A stretch of 64,000 nt of DNA from Lytechinus pictus (lineage: Eukaryota), in assembly GCF_037042905.1 (NCBI RefSeq), contig NC_087246.1:186001-250000 (forward strand). Reading direction: 5' to 3'. The translations under genes and the position numbers were made by a program. The notes under the pieces were generated by a model. That model did not search any database and had not been told where the DNA came from. It was given only the letters and a program-made list of their open reading frames with translations. Below are positions 13,971 to 27,670 of the stretch, piece after piece; positions within the stretch are counted from its first letter, which is position 1, and the number at the start of each line of letters is the position of its first letter.

Positions 13971-15689
13971 AACTAGACCGATCTAGTAATGAAAACTCAA
14001 TAACTTCAGTTGTTACTCCAACTACATCACCAAATCATTAATCTGAGAATCCATATACATGTAATTATAAAAATTTCCTGCCGATTTTGATTATTTTGTT
14101 GGAAAAACTGTTAATCATGTGAGATTATTCACTTTGATTCAGAGTTTGCAAATCTCCTCCGATCATGCAAGCCTGCCACACACCACACAGGCAGGCAGGC
14201 CAGGCCACGTGCAGCAGCTAGTACATGTACACTGTATGCTAACTTTGCATGTGTGTGTGTCTGTGTGTAGATCACAGAAAATCACGGAAAATGGCTTGCA
14301 GTTTGAATTGAGGGAAGTTGTTAACTTTGTTTTTTCTCTCTCTCTTCTTATTTTTGCTTGTGAAATATGGGAGAACTTTGTAAACTTTAATCTTACACTG
14401 AGAAAGGGCATGACCAGTTTTGAAAAAAGGGCACAGCCTTTTTGGCCGTGAATTGACCATTTTTTGTAAAGGCATCACGGCCAGTTATAGGGGCATTGAC
14501 GGCCTGGCCGTCGATGGCCGTTGATTAATTTATGCCCTGAACATGCCTGCACGATATTGCCTTTTTGTCAGAAATAATATAACTGTCACACATTAGAATT
14601 AATTAAGGAGCAATTGGAGCCCAACTTATCATATCATCCTCAATCCTAACCTCATTTTCTTATTCGTAAGTTAATCCAAATAAGATGTTAGGCATCTTTC
14701 TTCGGAGCTGGGAGCACTGATCAATCGATGTGTTTGCTTTGTTAACATAGTATTACACGTAATTTATACCCCAATACATTACAATAATTTCTGTTGATTA
14801 AAATATTCTGTACAAAGCAAATGGATGAAATGTTTCTTTACATATTAGAGACTAGTAAATTGAAAATGAATTGAACTTGAATTGAATTTCTAAATAAAAA
14901 AACTCGGAAAGAGCTGGCTGCACTTGGTACATCATGAAGATGATATGATTTTAAGGGCATTAGGGTTTGTCAAGTCGTTTCAAGGTATTCCTGCAAGTAC
15001 CATGATACCACACTGAATGTATACGACATTTTTTTCTGTTTATCTATTTTTGTTCCTAAATGAGCACATTTGACCGGCCCCCTTTTTATCTAATGGATAA
15101 TGTCTTCTTAGATAGTTTTCAAAATAAAGAACCAACTTCTAAGATTCTAACCGCTTTTAGTGTATTTTGGCTACCAATGAAAGTTTGTTGACCTTTTGAC
15201 CTTCTTCTGACCGTGTCTTGACCCTTTATATCTTCTGGATAAGGACTTCTGAAGATGAACTTATCAAAATCCAAAATAAAAAAGTACACACATGCAAAAA
15301 AAAAAGAAGCAAAAATCCAGAAAAAAATCAGCTTTCTTATTACACCTTCAGTATAATTTGCCATATAACGAAAGTTCGTTGACCTTTTGACATTTCCAGT
15401 CATAACTTTTTAACGGGAGGTTACGAGTATATGATTGTGTACACTTTTTTATTCAGTATAACAAAACAATTTGATGTATGACTCAACACAATCAGGGCAA
15501 TTCCAAAAATTGACCCCTATGAACCCACTTTGACCCGTCACATGGTCAAGATGACCATTAGAAATTTGTTACCAAGTTGGAAGTTGTTCCTTGTGATGTC
15601 ACCAATCATGTACAACTGAAAAATCAGACTTAGCCAATTTGTCGAAGTAGATGACATATGCTGCCTGACTATGTTCCAATCAACATGCT

Positions 15690-16790
15690 CATAGTTTTAT
15701 CATAGTTGATCTTCAAATTATTGTTGTTCATCCAGGCAGATAAACTTTCAAGTTCACTATTAAGGACGAGTTTAATAAGTCTAATCGTCATATAGGTGTA
15801 CGGTGCACTCTTTAAATACAGAAATTACATCATCAATAAATAAAATGTACTGAAAGGGTCCAAGGAGAGATCCCTGGGGTACTCCCTTAGAAATGACCCT
15901 TCTGATAAAATTCCATTAATGGAAGTACGAAGTCTTCTGTTAGTCAAATAACGTTTAAACCAATGCATTTCATCACCAGATATACCAATATTCTTAAGTT
16001 TGGAAAGGAGAATTCAGAATTGCATGATCAACCAGGTCGAAAGCCTTCTGGAGGTCTATAAAAATAGCCCCTGTATACTGCCCATTGTCCATAGAATAAA
16101 ACTAGTCATCCGTTACCTTAGCAAGGGCAGTAATGATAGTGTTTCAGATGGAATTCCAATTGAAACGCAGATAGTAAAGAATGAGTTTGAATATAACGAA
16201 GTAATTGCTTAAAACTGCACATTTTTTTCCATTAATTTAGACGCACAGGATAGAATTGATATCGGTCTATAGTTGTAAAATTCAAACTTATCACCTTTCT
16301 TGTATATATGAACAATTTTTCCTACTTTCCATTTCTCAGGTACAACACCATCACATAAAGATTTATTTATCAAGAAAGTAATTGGTTCAATTAAAAGAGA
16401 AATTGATTCTTTGATTATATATAGATACCATCTAAACCAACAGATTTTGCATTTTTCAAATTATGAACCTCTTTCAACACATCGCTTTCAGAGACAGGCA
16501 ATTATCTAAAGTTTTCATGCAGAGGGGAAGCTTCACGATCATGATATACATTTGTATATCATTAGCAATTTCTAACACCACATTAGCAAAGTGATTCTTA
16601 AAGCCATTAGCCACTACATCTGACATTACTTTGGGAAACGAAAAGTGCTATTGGACGAGTTACTGTTTTTGCCCATAAGGGATTTTAGTATTTTGCAAGA
16701 GTTATTTCTGCTTGTTACATTTGATAATTTGTCACAATAATATTTATGTTTAGATTTCCTAATGACAAAAGTGACCTTATTTCTCAGTTT
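15690..16790 (-). mobile_element. Decayed LINE RT fragment
   Basis: Minus strand encodes GVPQGSLLGP, YRPISIL and D..KAFD-like motifs, with frameshifts. Confidence 0.65.
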
Positions 16791-17590
16791 TATACAAAAA
16801 GCATTTGCTTGTGTAGCCCTGCATTGGCTTACCCCTGGAAGTTTGGGAAAGCACCATCCGTAAACAACTTCAAATCAAAACTCAATATTCATATCTTACC
16901 ATATATAGTGCAGAAGATGTATAGTAGTGAAAGCTTCTGTGTTCTATAAATCTAGATGTTTTTATTATCATATTATTATTAGTGGTAGTAGACTCACTAG
17001 TAGTAGTATTGTTATTATTATTGTTTTTGTTGTTATTATTATTACTCTTACTATTATGGTATCAGTATTATTATTACTCTAAGTATTATCATCGTCATCA
17101 TCATTATTATAGATTCTGTGGCCTGCGTACAAACAGTTCAGAAAGAAGTCAATAGGCCTTAGTGATGCACATCCTTCTAAATGACAAATACCTGTAAAAT
17201 ACGAGAACTTGTTCAGTGTTCGAAATACCAAGTGATTTATTTTGTGCATTCTCATTAAAGACTTCTCTAAATTAGCATAAGTTCCACATGTAATGAAATT
17301 CGTGCCCAACACTATCTGCTTCATAATTTCATTCCTTAATTTGTGAACTAATGTTTCATATGAGCACAAGGACATGCTCACCAGACACCTACATGTATGC
17401 ACTTCAAGAACCAGTGGTTATTATTTTTTTTAGTGTTGTTATTATGAGACATGGCAAACAAAAATATTGAGAAAATGTTGTGCACTCTTTGCTCCATCCA
17501 TTTTCCCCAAAATTCTATTCTGTCTAAATGTAAATTATAATTTTAAATGGGTTGTATAATTATTATTTGTCAACATTTCTATGTCAACAG

Positions 17591-17686
17591 GGTTCATCAA
17601 GTGTAATGTCTGACAGCGGTGAATACAAACTTGTACTAGTCGTAAGAAATGATCTGAAAATGGGAAAAGGCAAAGTAGCTGCCCAG
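17591..17686 (+). CDS. PTRH2: Peptidyl-tRNA hydrolase 2, first recognisable coding exon ([32 protein letters not shown])
   Basis: ag|...|gtaaat boundaries. [20 protein letters not shown] is the Pth2 signature. In-frame ATG at 17606; upstream exons not identified. Confidence 0.93.
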
Positions 17687-17761
17687 GTAAATATGATGAA
17701 GGTGCTTTAATGGTTTTAGAGTGAGCATTGGGGGAAAAATTTTCATTTTCTAATTTTGTGG

Positions 17762-18036
17762 TGGGCATCGTGGTCTAGTGGTTAACATTCTTGTCTTTCA
17801 ATCTGAAGGACGTGGGTTTGATTCCAAGCCATGGCATGTTTTCCTTCAGCAAGAAATTTATCCACATTGTGCTGCACTCAACCCAGGTGAGGTAAATGGC
17901 AGGAAGTACATGTAATTCCTCAAAAAGCTGTGCGCACCGGAATCGGTAGACTAGCTTAGCCGGGGTAATATAGGAGCGCCTTGAGCACCTAGCAAGGTGG
18001 ATACATGCGCTATACAAATCCTATATTATTTATTAT
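17762..18036 (+). mobile_element. tRNA-derived SINE
   Basis: A-box TGGTCTAGTGG, degenerate B-box, core CTCAACCCAGGTG..TAAATGG, (TAT)n tail; inverted relative at ~36850-37080. Confidence 0.75.
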
Positions 18037-18157
18037 TTAAAACTTATGGTGACTGAAAATAAATTTGTCATAAGATTTCAAACAATATTGGGTTTCTACT
18101 ATCAGATTTTCATAGACAGTCAAATCTTTTTAGACCACAATCATGAATGGAAGCGGA

Positions 18158-18490
18158 AGAGCCGTGGTGTAGTGGTTCTGACTCTTGCCTTGTAAACAGA
18201 GGCTTGTGTGAAAAAATCCCACCGCGGTTTCGCGTCCTTTGGCATGGCGTTAATCCACACTTTGCTATTCTCGACCCAGGTGCTAAATGGGTACCCGGTA
18301 GGATACATAAGTTACTGTATGTTTGAATTTGCCAGCACCATTATGAGGCTGCGATTAATGCAAGGAATGCTCCCCAGGGAGTTGAAATTGTGCACTTTTT
18401 GTGCGGGATTGAAATGAATCTAATGACTGGGGTAATAATATGAGAGCGCTTTGAGCCATTCTAGCTATTATTATATTATTATTATTATTA
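18158..18490 (+). mobile_element. tRNA-derived SINE
   Basis: A-box TGGTGTAGTGG, core CTCGACCCAGGTG.TAAATGGGTACC, AGCGCTTTGAGC, (TAT)n tail. Confidence 0.7.
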
Positions 18491-18720
18491 TGAATATATT
18501 TAGTATGAAATCTTTCACCTAAATAGATGTTATCTATCACTTTACTAGTTGTATCATACATCTGTTCAAATTTATAGCTCTAGCTAAAATGTGATCAACC
18601 TTTTTGATATATATTCATAACTTTATCAAATCAAGGCCAGTTGAAATTTACATGTACATTCAAAATTAAATTCTGGGTTCTGTTATGTAGATATTAGTGT
18701 ACTGTTGGTTATTATTTTGA

Positions 18721-19338
18721 TTAAAGGACAAGACGACCCCCAACAAAATGTTGTTTTTAATTAAAAGGGAAAAAATCCAACAAGCATAGAAAACATAGAA
18801 AATTTCATCAAAATCGGATTTAAAATAAGAAAGTTATGACATTTTTAGTTTTCATTTAATGTCACAAAACAGTTATATGCACATCCTGGTCGGTATGCAA
18901 ATGAGCAGACAGATGTTACCCACTCACTGTTTCTTTTATATTTTGTTATATAAAACATGGAAGTATTCTATTTTACTCCTCCTTGTTCTGTGAAACAAAG
19001 TTTATCCATCCCTAGTAATGAGGTATTGCCATTGTTTTAAAATGTGATTTAGTAAAATTTTTCCTTAATTTCATATTTGTAAAAATTGAAATATTGTATA
19101 ATTCAAACAATAAAACAAAAAAGAAATAGTGAGGGAGGGACATATCAACTCTCTCATTTGCATATCACTGGGTTGTGCATATACTAGTAATAGTTTTGTG
19201 AAAAATAAGCGAAACTTTAAAATGTTGTAACTTTCTTATTTTACATCCGATTTTGATAAAAATTTTAGTGTCATGCTTGCCTGATTTTTCTCTATTGATT
19301 CAAATAATTATTTTTCTGGGGTGGACTTGACCTTGAAG
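18721..19338. mobile_element. Foldback-like MITE (TTAA-AGG ends, Kolobok-like)
   Basis: Long imperfect inverted arms: AGGACAAG..ACCCC / GGGGTGGACTTGACCT and AAAATCGGAT..AAAATAAGAAAGTTA / TAACTTTCTTATTTT.CATCCGATTTT. Confidence 0.7.
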
Positions 19339-19566
19339 TTTACTTTCACTGTGGTGTACAAACTTATGTTGTCTTTCAGTTTATTCAGATTAGCAATTGT
19401 GGGTTCAAAATTTATATAATTTACCAAGGGATCCTTCGCAAAGAGAATGTCACCAATGTTGCATTCTCAACAACAATACAGATGTATTTGAATGAGATTT
19501 TTGTTCTTCAAATCAACTTTTTCATCAATTAGTCATATCTGCTTTTAATGATTTGTTTTACTGCAG

Positions 19567-19688
19567 TGTAGCCATGCAACTCTAGGATGTTTTAAGAAAG
19601 GATCAAGAATCAGATCTGAATGGTTAAAGAATTGGGAGATGGATGGCCAGCCTAAGGTGGTTCTCAAAGTACAAGATGAACAATCATT
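19567..19688 (+). CDS. PTRH2: PTRH2 exon (CSHATLGCFKKGSRIRSEWLKNWEMDGQPKVVLKVQDEQS)
   Basis: cag|...|gtaagc; continues the AAQ-CSHA motif and contains W...GQPKVVLK; phase 0 to 2. Confidence 0.93.
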
Positions 19689-20816
19689 GTAAGCGTTCTG
19701 TTCGTAACTTAGGCTTTCTGCAATTTGACAATATGTGTTTGTTTTTTAATGAGACACCCTCATTGTTTATATATGTGATTGTTTTCCTTGACTGGTCAAG
19801 AAAGCTAAATATTTGCTTGCTTTTAATAAAACAGATGATCAATGAACATTAGCCCTTCTTGGTGGACTTGGTGATGAGGGTACATTGCTAAGGCACAATG
19901 ATACTTCAGGAATTTTTTATTTTACAATGGATGCAGATAACACAATATGCAACCTAATCTTTTGAACTCAACATAATTTCACTTTTAGATTGAGAAAAGT
20001 TTCTAATTGCTTTAAAGCTAATAGATTTTCTTTCACTTGGGGAGGGGGTCAAGTTTTGATCATAAATGATATTAAATAAATCTATTTTTCAATTCGACCC
20101 CACCCCCCTCGACAAATTATGTGACTACACCGCCACACAATTTTTTTTTACCACAGCACTCTCTGACTTTTTAATTTCAAGTCTTTCGCATCTTTTTAGA
20201 CCAAATTGTGACGCCTGGGTATGCGGTTCTAGATTGCACAACATTTTGTAAGTTCATGTCAGACAAAAATATTGCTCAGAAACGTAATTTTGTGTACAAA
20301 GTTAATGGAAATTCTGCTTTTGACCTCAAATCATAAATGTATGATTATTCTATCTTTTGCTAGTTTAAAGGTATTCATCTTATGTCATTTATGACAAAGA
20401 GTCCCTGACAAAGTTCTTCAATAATAAAAAAAAAAAAGCTACAAAAATACAGAAATACATATGAAATTCAGAAAACAAAATACATAACCTAGGAAATTAT
20501 GTTTTAAAATGTAGTAGGGAATATGTTGATCATTGTGATGTGGTAGTAGAAATAGCTGGAAAGTTCATCTTAAAATAGCCTTAAAATGGAAATACTGGAG
20601 CTTTTCGACATGCACTCATCGATCGTATGAATGACAAGGGCGCCAGAGCGAAACAAATATATATAATTAGAACCAAAAGAGACAATGGACGCTTAACAGC
20701 GAGCTGTGATTGGCTGTCAAGGTAATCAATTTAGGCTTAGTACCAGTTGTAAATTGAAGCGAAGCAACTAAAATAAAGCAAGGGTTTTAACGAACTCCTG
20801 GCGACACAGATTCGGG

Positions 20817-21277
20817 TCTGTTAGCTGGATATACGCTGCCTCAAGCATGCGCAAGTGAGTGAAACTACTTGCTTAGCTGAGCGCCTTAAACCAAGATCAA
20901 CAATATTGTTCCGCGCATGCTTGGTTGCTCTGCAATCAGCAAGTGGTTAGCAAAGGTTGAATTGCTACCACCATCAGCCGCAGTACTAGCAGCACGTTTC
21001 CGGCGTGCGCATGGAGTTTGTGAACGCACGCTAGTTTGACAATTCCGGATAGAGGCGGGCACATGTTGGCTAATGTGATCTGCTTAACGTTGGGTTGTAC
21101 GCCCTATGTACCAAGCTTCACAATGGCACTTAAACTAGTAAATAACAGTGTGAGATAGGGAGCATGTCCTTTCGAACAGCCAAGTAATTTTGTGCGTGGT
21201 AAATACCACACGCACTTCAACGCTAGGGAAGGCCTTCACTTGCGCATGCTTGAGGCTGCGTATATCCAGCTAACAGA
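20817..21277. mobile_element. Element bounded by ~42-bp near-perfect inverted repeats
   Basis: TCTGTTAGCTGGATATACGCTGCCTCAAGCATGCGCAAGTGA versus its reverse complement at 21236-21277 (one mismatch). Confidence 0.75.
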
Positions 21278-21497
21278 AATAGAGCATTAACCAAAAAGAG
21301 CTGATTCCATGATTTTTTAGTACATGTCATACTTCAAACAATTGAGTAGCATCAAAATGACCATTGAGTCTTGTTCCTTTTAAGACAGTAAATGTTGTTC
21401 GCCAGGGTAATCAATTGAATGATTTTAATAATCGAGATTCCAGGATTATCAGAAATCACAAAAAAAAAGTTTGCGTACTTTACAAGCAGACTCTGTC

Positions 21498-22361
21498 CAG
21501 GGCCTGACCTTTACTTTTTTTTTTAGGGAGCCAGCCGGGCTCCTCAACCACTTTTTTAGGGAGCCCGCAAGGGGTTCAGGGAGCCCAAGTTTATCACATT
21601 TTTTTTGGGTCATAACAATGGTCAGTATTAAAACACACCAACACAATTCCTTGTTTTTATAATCATCAATACCAGGTGTATTATTATTAAGTAAATGTGA
21701 GGATTAACTGAACTGAAGAATTAATCTTACAGCAATTGACTTTTGTGAAGCCCTTTTGCTACAGTAACAGTCTAACATTGGACTTCAGGTTTTATCAGAA
21801 TGAGATATAGCACTGGATAAGTCACTCTTCCTCGCTTGTCTGTTCAAATTTATATTCATTCAATCTTCAATATTGCTCAACAGATTGAGCAAGCAATAAT
21901 TAATATCATTTGCAGAGACGAAAATAAATGACAAAAACTATTGAAAATGCATTTAACCACTAGGAATATACTTTTCTTTCAGAACCTTCCCAAAATATGA
22001 TATTTTCATCCTTTGCTCAATCTGTTTCATTGCATATTCAATTTCCACTCAAATCGACATTCATCTCATCCATTATTTCAGAATAGACATCTTTGTTTAC
22101 ATTAAACTCAGCCACAGGCACTAGGAATGCCCAAGGGGCTCATACAATGACCCCTGCCATGGGGACATACCATTGTAACCAAGCAACACAGGCTCAATGT
22201 TGACAGTTACGAGGTCACTCACTGTTTTTATGAATGAACTTTCTTGGCTGATACTAGAAAAACTTAAGGAGCAAGCCGGGCATTTTGATTTACTTTCTAA
22301 GGAGCCCGCCAAGGTTTTAGGGAGCCAATTGCCACCGGGCTCCCGCTAAAGTCGAGCCCTG
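21498..22361. mobile_element. MITE with CAGGGC/GCCCTG ends and 5-bp TSD
   Basis: CTGTC at 21493-21497 and 22362-22366; repeated GGAGCC(C) subterminal motifs. Confidence 0.7.
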
Positions 22362-23686
22362 CTGTCGCGTATCCCAGTACAGTACCTATGACATGCACAT
22401 CAACACAGCTAATAAAGATGTGCAGTTGCTGGCACAGCTGACACTGTAATGTCTTGAAAGAATTACAATGTTTGGAATTCATTGTTTATCATGGATTTCA
22501 TTTGTTATCTTGCACTTTGTTATCAAATTTTAAACATAGCCATGTAATTTTGATTGGATGTGTCAAATCAGTAATCAACATATGGTGAATATTTGATTAG
22601 TGTAGAAAGTAGGATTTGGTTGCCGATTGTGGGTAAACTGAACAAATGCTACGATAGTTTGACTTTTACTCCCAGGCCTAGTAAATTTTCTTGGATTCTA
22701 TATTGACTGTTCAGTGTAATTTGAACGATACTAATTAAAACAATGCTATTTGTAAAGTATCCAGTTGTATCGGTATTAAATTTGAATTCAAATACTCTCT
22801 CAAATCATGCTTTGTTTTTATTATAAAATGCACTTACATGTATATTTATCACCATATTTATCATACCTCGTCAGTTTTTGGGGTAATAGTGGTAAGTTGA
22901 AAATGTTGTACCTTATTAAAACTACAGAAAAAGCAAAATGTGAATCGTGTACATGTACACCAAGTAGTACATGTATTACCATATTTATTTTATCCCCCCC
23001 CCCCCCTTTTGATACTCCTCTTTTCATTGTTTTGTTTTACTTTTTTTGAACATGTCTTTCAGTAACATTAATGATTTATGATTATTTTATTGCGTATAAA
23101 CAGTATACGATTTGTTGCGATCCAATTTTCAAAGAAATTGTATAAAAAGAACATTTGATACGAGCATTCCAACGTATATAAAGGATATCGGCAAGATATC
23201 CTTTTATCTGAACTGTACTCATTCTCATCAGACAACAATCAAATACGTTGATAAGTTTGAGAATACGCTCTCTTCCCTATTCGACAAACATGCTCCTGAA
23301 ATTACGCACATCATCACAAGTCGTCCTGAATCACTGTGGTATTGTGATGATCTCCGTCAACTCAAGCACGAACTGCGAGGACTGGAACAAAAGGCATTCC
23401 CTCATGGTTTGGCAATTGATCATGAGAACATCCGAAAACCAGCCCATCATTATAGTAACTTCCTAAAGTGTGCAAAGAGCAAGTTTCACCGTGATCAGTT
23501 CAGAAATTGGACACCACGAGAACTGTTCAAGAAAGTTGAACAGTTGACGCGCTCAACCACTTCTGCAATAGTACCTAACGCTAATGGTAATGGTGCTAAA
23601 TTATTAGCAGAACGCTTTGTCGAGTACTTCAATGAATTACAATGACTGACAAGTTTTTTTAACTTCCATATTAGTCTCCAATTTTT

Positions 23687-24708
23687 AGCTCATCCGGCCC
23701 GAAGGGCCAGATGAGCTAATGCCGTGGCGTCCGTCGTCCGTCCACAATTTTTAAAATGCTTCTTCTTTGCCATTTCAAGTCCGATTTCAATTCTGTTTGC
23801 TTTATATGATAGCACTAGGCGTGGGATTCAAAACTTCTCCACAGAATTTTGAAACTCATTAAATATGCTTATTTATGCGCATTTTTCAAAATTCACAAAA
23901 AATGCTTTATTTGTTGACCGATTTTGATTTTTTTTCTTTCATCTGGTAGAGCTTCATGAGGTTCACCAAACTTTTACACAGAATTTTTAAATTTGGAGTA
24001 GAAAATTATTTATGCTAATTTATGCAAAATCATAAATCACATATGCCTCTTCTTTATTTGTTGACTGAATTTCAAAATGCTTATGCCGTGGCGTCCGTCC
24101 ACAATTTCAAAATGCTTCTTCTTTGCCATTTCAAGTCTGATTTCAATTCTGTTTGCTTTATATGATAGCATTAGGTGGGGGATTCAATACTTCTACACAG
24201 AATTTTGAAACTCATAACATATGCTACTTTATGCGTATTTTTAAAAATTCTGATAAAATGCTTCTTCTATGTCGACCGATTTTGATTTTTTTTCTTCCAT
24301 CTGGTAGAACTTCATGAAGTTCACCAAACTTCTGCATAGAATTTTGAAATTTTCAGTAGAAAATTATTTATACCAATTTATGCAAAATGTATTCATAAAT
24401 CACAGAAAATTCCACTTCTTTTTTATTTTTGTTCCATCTGAGAGCTACATGAGATTCACCAAGGTTCTACACAGAGTTTAGAAATTTTGACTAGAAAATT
24501 ATTTATGCTTAATTTATACTGTATGAAATTTATTCATAGATCACAAAAAATGCTTCTATGTCATTTCTTCATCAATTTCAATTCTAATCTATATCCTCAA
24601 TTTATGTCACCAATGTAATTCACTACAGTGTCAACTGGGCTGAAATTAAAATTGTGTTAAATTTCGTTGCGAGATGCCGGATGAGCTCCACATCATTGAT
24701 GTGCTAGT
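23687..24708 (+). mobile_element. Helentron/HINE-like element inserted in the LINE
   Basis: 5' hairpin AGCTCATC..GATGAGCT after a T run; subterminal IR AGCTCATCCGG/CCGGATGAGCT; 3' palindrome CACATCATTGATGTG then CTAGT; internal tandem duplication. Confidence 0.75.
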
Positions 24709-25321
24709 ATTCATTAGATTAAATCTCAATTGTTTCATGTTAGTATTGTTACTTTGCATGTTTCATGTTACTTTGTATATAATAAATTTTATGATTTTAT
24801 GATTGAAATGAAATGAATTGAATTGAACTTGAACTAACACATGAGCTGGAATCCTCTGAGCCAACTTCTACAAGTGAACCTAATTTTCTTGAGAAGCCAT
24901 CTACATCAATTATCAGATACTTTAAGACTTTACAGATGAGGAAGTTCGTAATGCCATTTTGAAATCCTCCTCAACGACATGTGATCGCCTCCCCATTCCA
25001 ACTCTTTTTCTGAAAAATTTCTTAAATGAATTAGTTCCAATTATGACAATTGTTAATGATTCGTTTTTAACCGGATGCTTCCCTAATACATTCAAATCAT
25101 GTGCCAATATTTTACCCAAACTGAAAGGAAACTACGTGAATGCAGAAGAGCTTAAAAATTATCGTCCAATCGCTAATCTGAGATTCTTTGCCAAGATCTT
25201 AGAAACTCTCGCAGCCTCCCAGTTACAAACTTATCTTCAAGAAAATAGTTTGTATGCAAAATTTCAGTCAGGTTATCGTTAGTTCTATGGTGTTGAAAAT
25301 GCTCTGCTTAGAATCACAAAT

Positions 25322-27670
25322 TAGAAAGTCAAAAGGGGCCTAAGCTTTCGATCCTAGCAGAATCTTCGTCGGAGGCAAAATGACAAACATATAAAGTGGA
25401 ACAACCATAATATAGACCACAGACAAGCTACAGCAACACTAGAAACAAGGAGATAAAAGGGGCATTAGTGAGTAGAGAAGACCAATCAGGTTAGTGAAGG
25501 GGATGAAAGAAAAGGAGTAGGCAGACACAAAGGGAAGTTAGTGTAAGTAAGGCCAGTAAAAGTAAAAGGAGTGAAGGAGCGGGAATTACTTATGAAGACC
25601 TCTGAAGGATTTAAGTAAGAACTTTTTTTCGGTTGTCTGAAAGGAACCTTCTGAAGGACATGAAGGACAGAGATGTTTCTGCAAATTCCTGGAATGGAAG
25701 GAAAAATCAGGGTCCTCGGAGCAGATACGGCGAAGTCTGAGGGCTTGACTGTAAGCGATGCCGGTTTTGCAGTGCCGGGGGTGGCAGCTGGATGAGTGGA
25801 GGTACTGGTGGGTATCTGTGGGTTTAGTGTATAGGGTAGTGGTGATACCGTTAGGCTTTTTCTGGACTGTGACATCAAGGAAGTGGGTTTCCTGTGGGGA
25901 GAAATCAGAAGTGAATTTGATGGTCCTGTGGAAGGAATTGATGTGGTCAATGAATGTATGGTGGCTATCTTCATCCCTGGTCCAGATGAAGAAAATGTCG
26001 TCTATGTAACGCCACCAAATCCATGGGCGACAGGGGGCTGAATCTAACATCTGCTGTTCCAGCTTGGTCATGAAGAGACAGGCGAATGAAGGAGCCATCC
26101 GGGTGCCCATTGCTGTACCGAATATCTGTAGGTAGTGCTTGCCCATGAATGTGAAGATGTTTTTTGTTAGAACATGAGACATCAGAGATTTGATATCGGA
26201 TATGGGGGGACTGGAATGGCCACTGGCGGCCAAGGCTTCACATGATGCTTGGATACCTTCGTCGTGGGGAATGCCGGTGTACAGTGAAGAAACATCGAAA
26301 GTGCCGATGATCGCAGTCTCTGGTTTCTGGTCCTTGATGTCATTTAGTTTCCTGAGAAAGTCTGGGGTGTCGTGGATGTAAGAGGGTGCACGTAAGACAA
26401 GGGGCTTAATGTGGTAATCAACAAAAAGGGAGATGTTCTCTGTTGGGGAACCATTTCCTGAGAGGATGGGTCGACCGGGGTTGCCAGGTTTGTGGATCTT
26501 CGGGAGGAGATAGAAGCGGGCAGGTTTAGCATTAGTAGGGGAGATAAATTTGTGGGCCTTCTCGGAGAGATGCTTGTGTTCTTTCATGTCATTCACTGTC
26601 GACTGGATCTGTAGGGAGAAATTACAAGTAGGGTCAGAATCGAGGAGTGCATAGTGAGATCGATTATTGAGATGTTTCATGGCTTCATCGATGTACTGCT
26701 GGCGGTCCATAACGACGACGGCTGATCCTTTGTCTGCAGGCTTGATGATGATGTCGGACCTGTTTTTGAGTGATGAGAGAGCCTGGCGTTCTTCTCGAGG
26801 AAGGTTGTCATGTGCTCTGGTGTCGAGGGTGTCTGTGGAGCAAACTTGGTATGAGACAGCTTGAATGTAAGTTTCAAGGGAAGGAACTCTATTCTTGGGT
26901 GGAGTCCATGTGCTTTTCTGGTAGAAGGGCTCGGGATCAGAAGGGGGTTCATCTAAAAAGAACTCTTTGAGACGTATCCTGCGATAGAATGTAGGGAGGT
27001 CTTGGCTGAGAGCTATCTGTTCAACTTCTGGTGGCGTGGGGCAAAACTTGAGACCTATAGAGAGAAGAGAGGTTTCTGCTTGGGAGAGAGGGGAGGATGA
27101 GAGATTAACAACCAAATGGGGGGATGCATCATTGGTGTTGGTATGTCGTCTAAATCTGTTTGACCGTTGTCGCTTCTTTGTGAGGTTGCCTATTTTCTTG
27201 TTCCTGCGTTCAGTGAGGAGAGACCTGTGTTTAGAGAAATCAGATTCAATTTCATCATTATACTGAAGCCATTGGGTTTGGGTACAGCAAGAACGTAGTT
27301 CGTCTTCCAGGCTACTGATGTCAGCTGAAAAAGAATCAAGAGAAGCAATACACTGTTCAGAGAGGATGTTAATTAGTCGAACTGACGCTCCATGTAAGGT
27401 CTGGTTCCATCGTTTGCGAAGTTCAGGTGTGAGCGTACCGAGACCGGGAGTGCAATGAAGTTGGAGGCCTGTTGGTATAATGCGATTGAGGGAATAAAAT
27501 CTGTAATTGTCCTGGTGAAAAGAGGTATTGAGGGCCTTCAGCTTGATCTTCCTGAGCTGGTGAAATAAAGATAGATGGTTAGTCATGGTAGAAAAGAGAC
27601 CTAGAATAGAAAGTGTAAAACAAAGAAAATGGATATTCATAACAAATCAAAATATAAAGAATGAGAAAAG
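25322..27670 (-). mobile_element. Penelope-like retroelement (684-aa RT ORF 25586-27640, GIY-YIG region missing) inserted in a LINE
   Basis: VVNLS..GLKFCPTP, IIKPADKG, LPKIHK, FDVSSLYT, GTAMG and WRYIDDIF motifs; TCACAAAT repeated at 25314-25321 and 27671-27678. Confidence 0.92.
25338..25376 (-). ncRNA. Minimal type I hammerhead ribozyme-like motif (variant core) at the 3' end of the Penelope element
   Basis: Minus strand GCCT-CCGACGA-A-GATTCT-GCT-AGGATC-GAA-AGCT-T-AGGC: stem I GCCT/AGGC, stem II hairpin, palindromic stem III. Confidence 0.65.

Larger units (their letters stand above)
11467..14539. mobile_element. Non-autonomous TIR element (hAT-like ends) with nested insertions
   Basis: CAGGCCTTAAATT...AATTTATGCCCTG ends; AACATG at 11461-11466 and 14540-14545. 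Confidence 0.65.
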
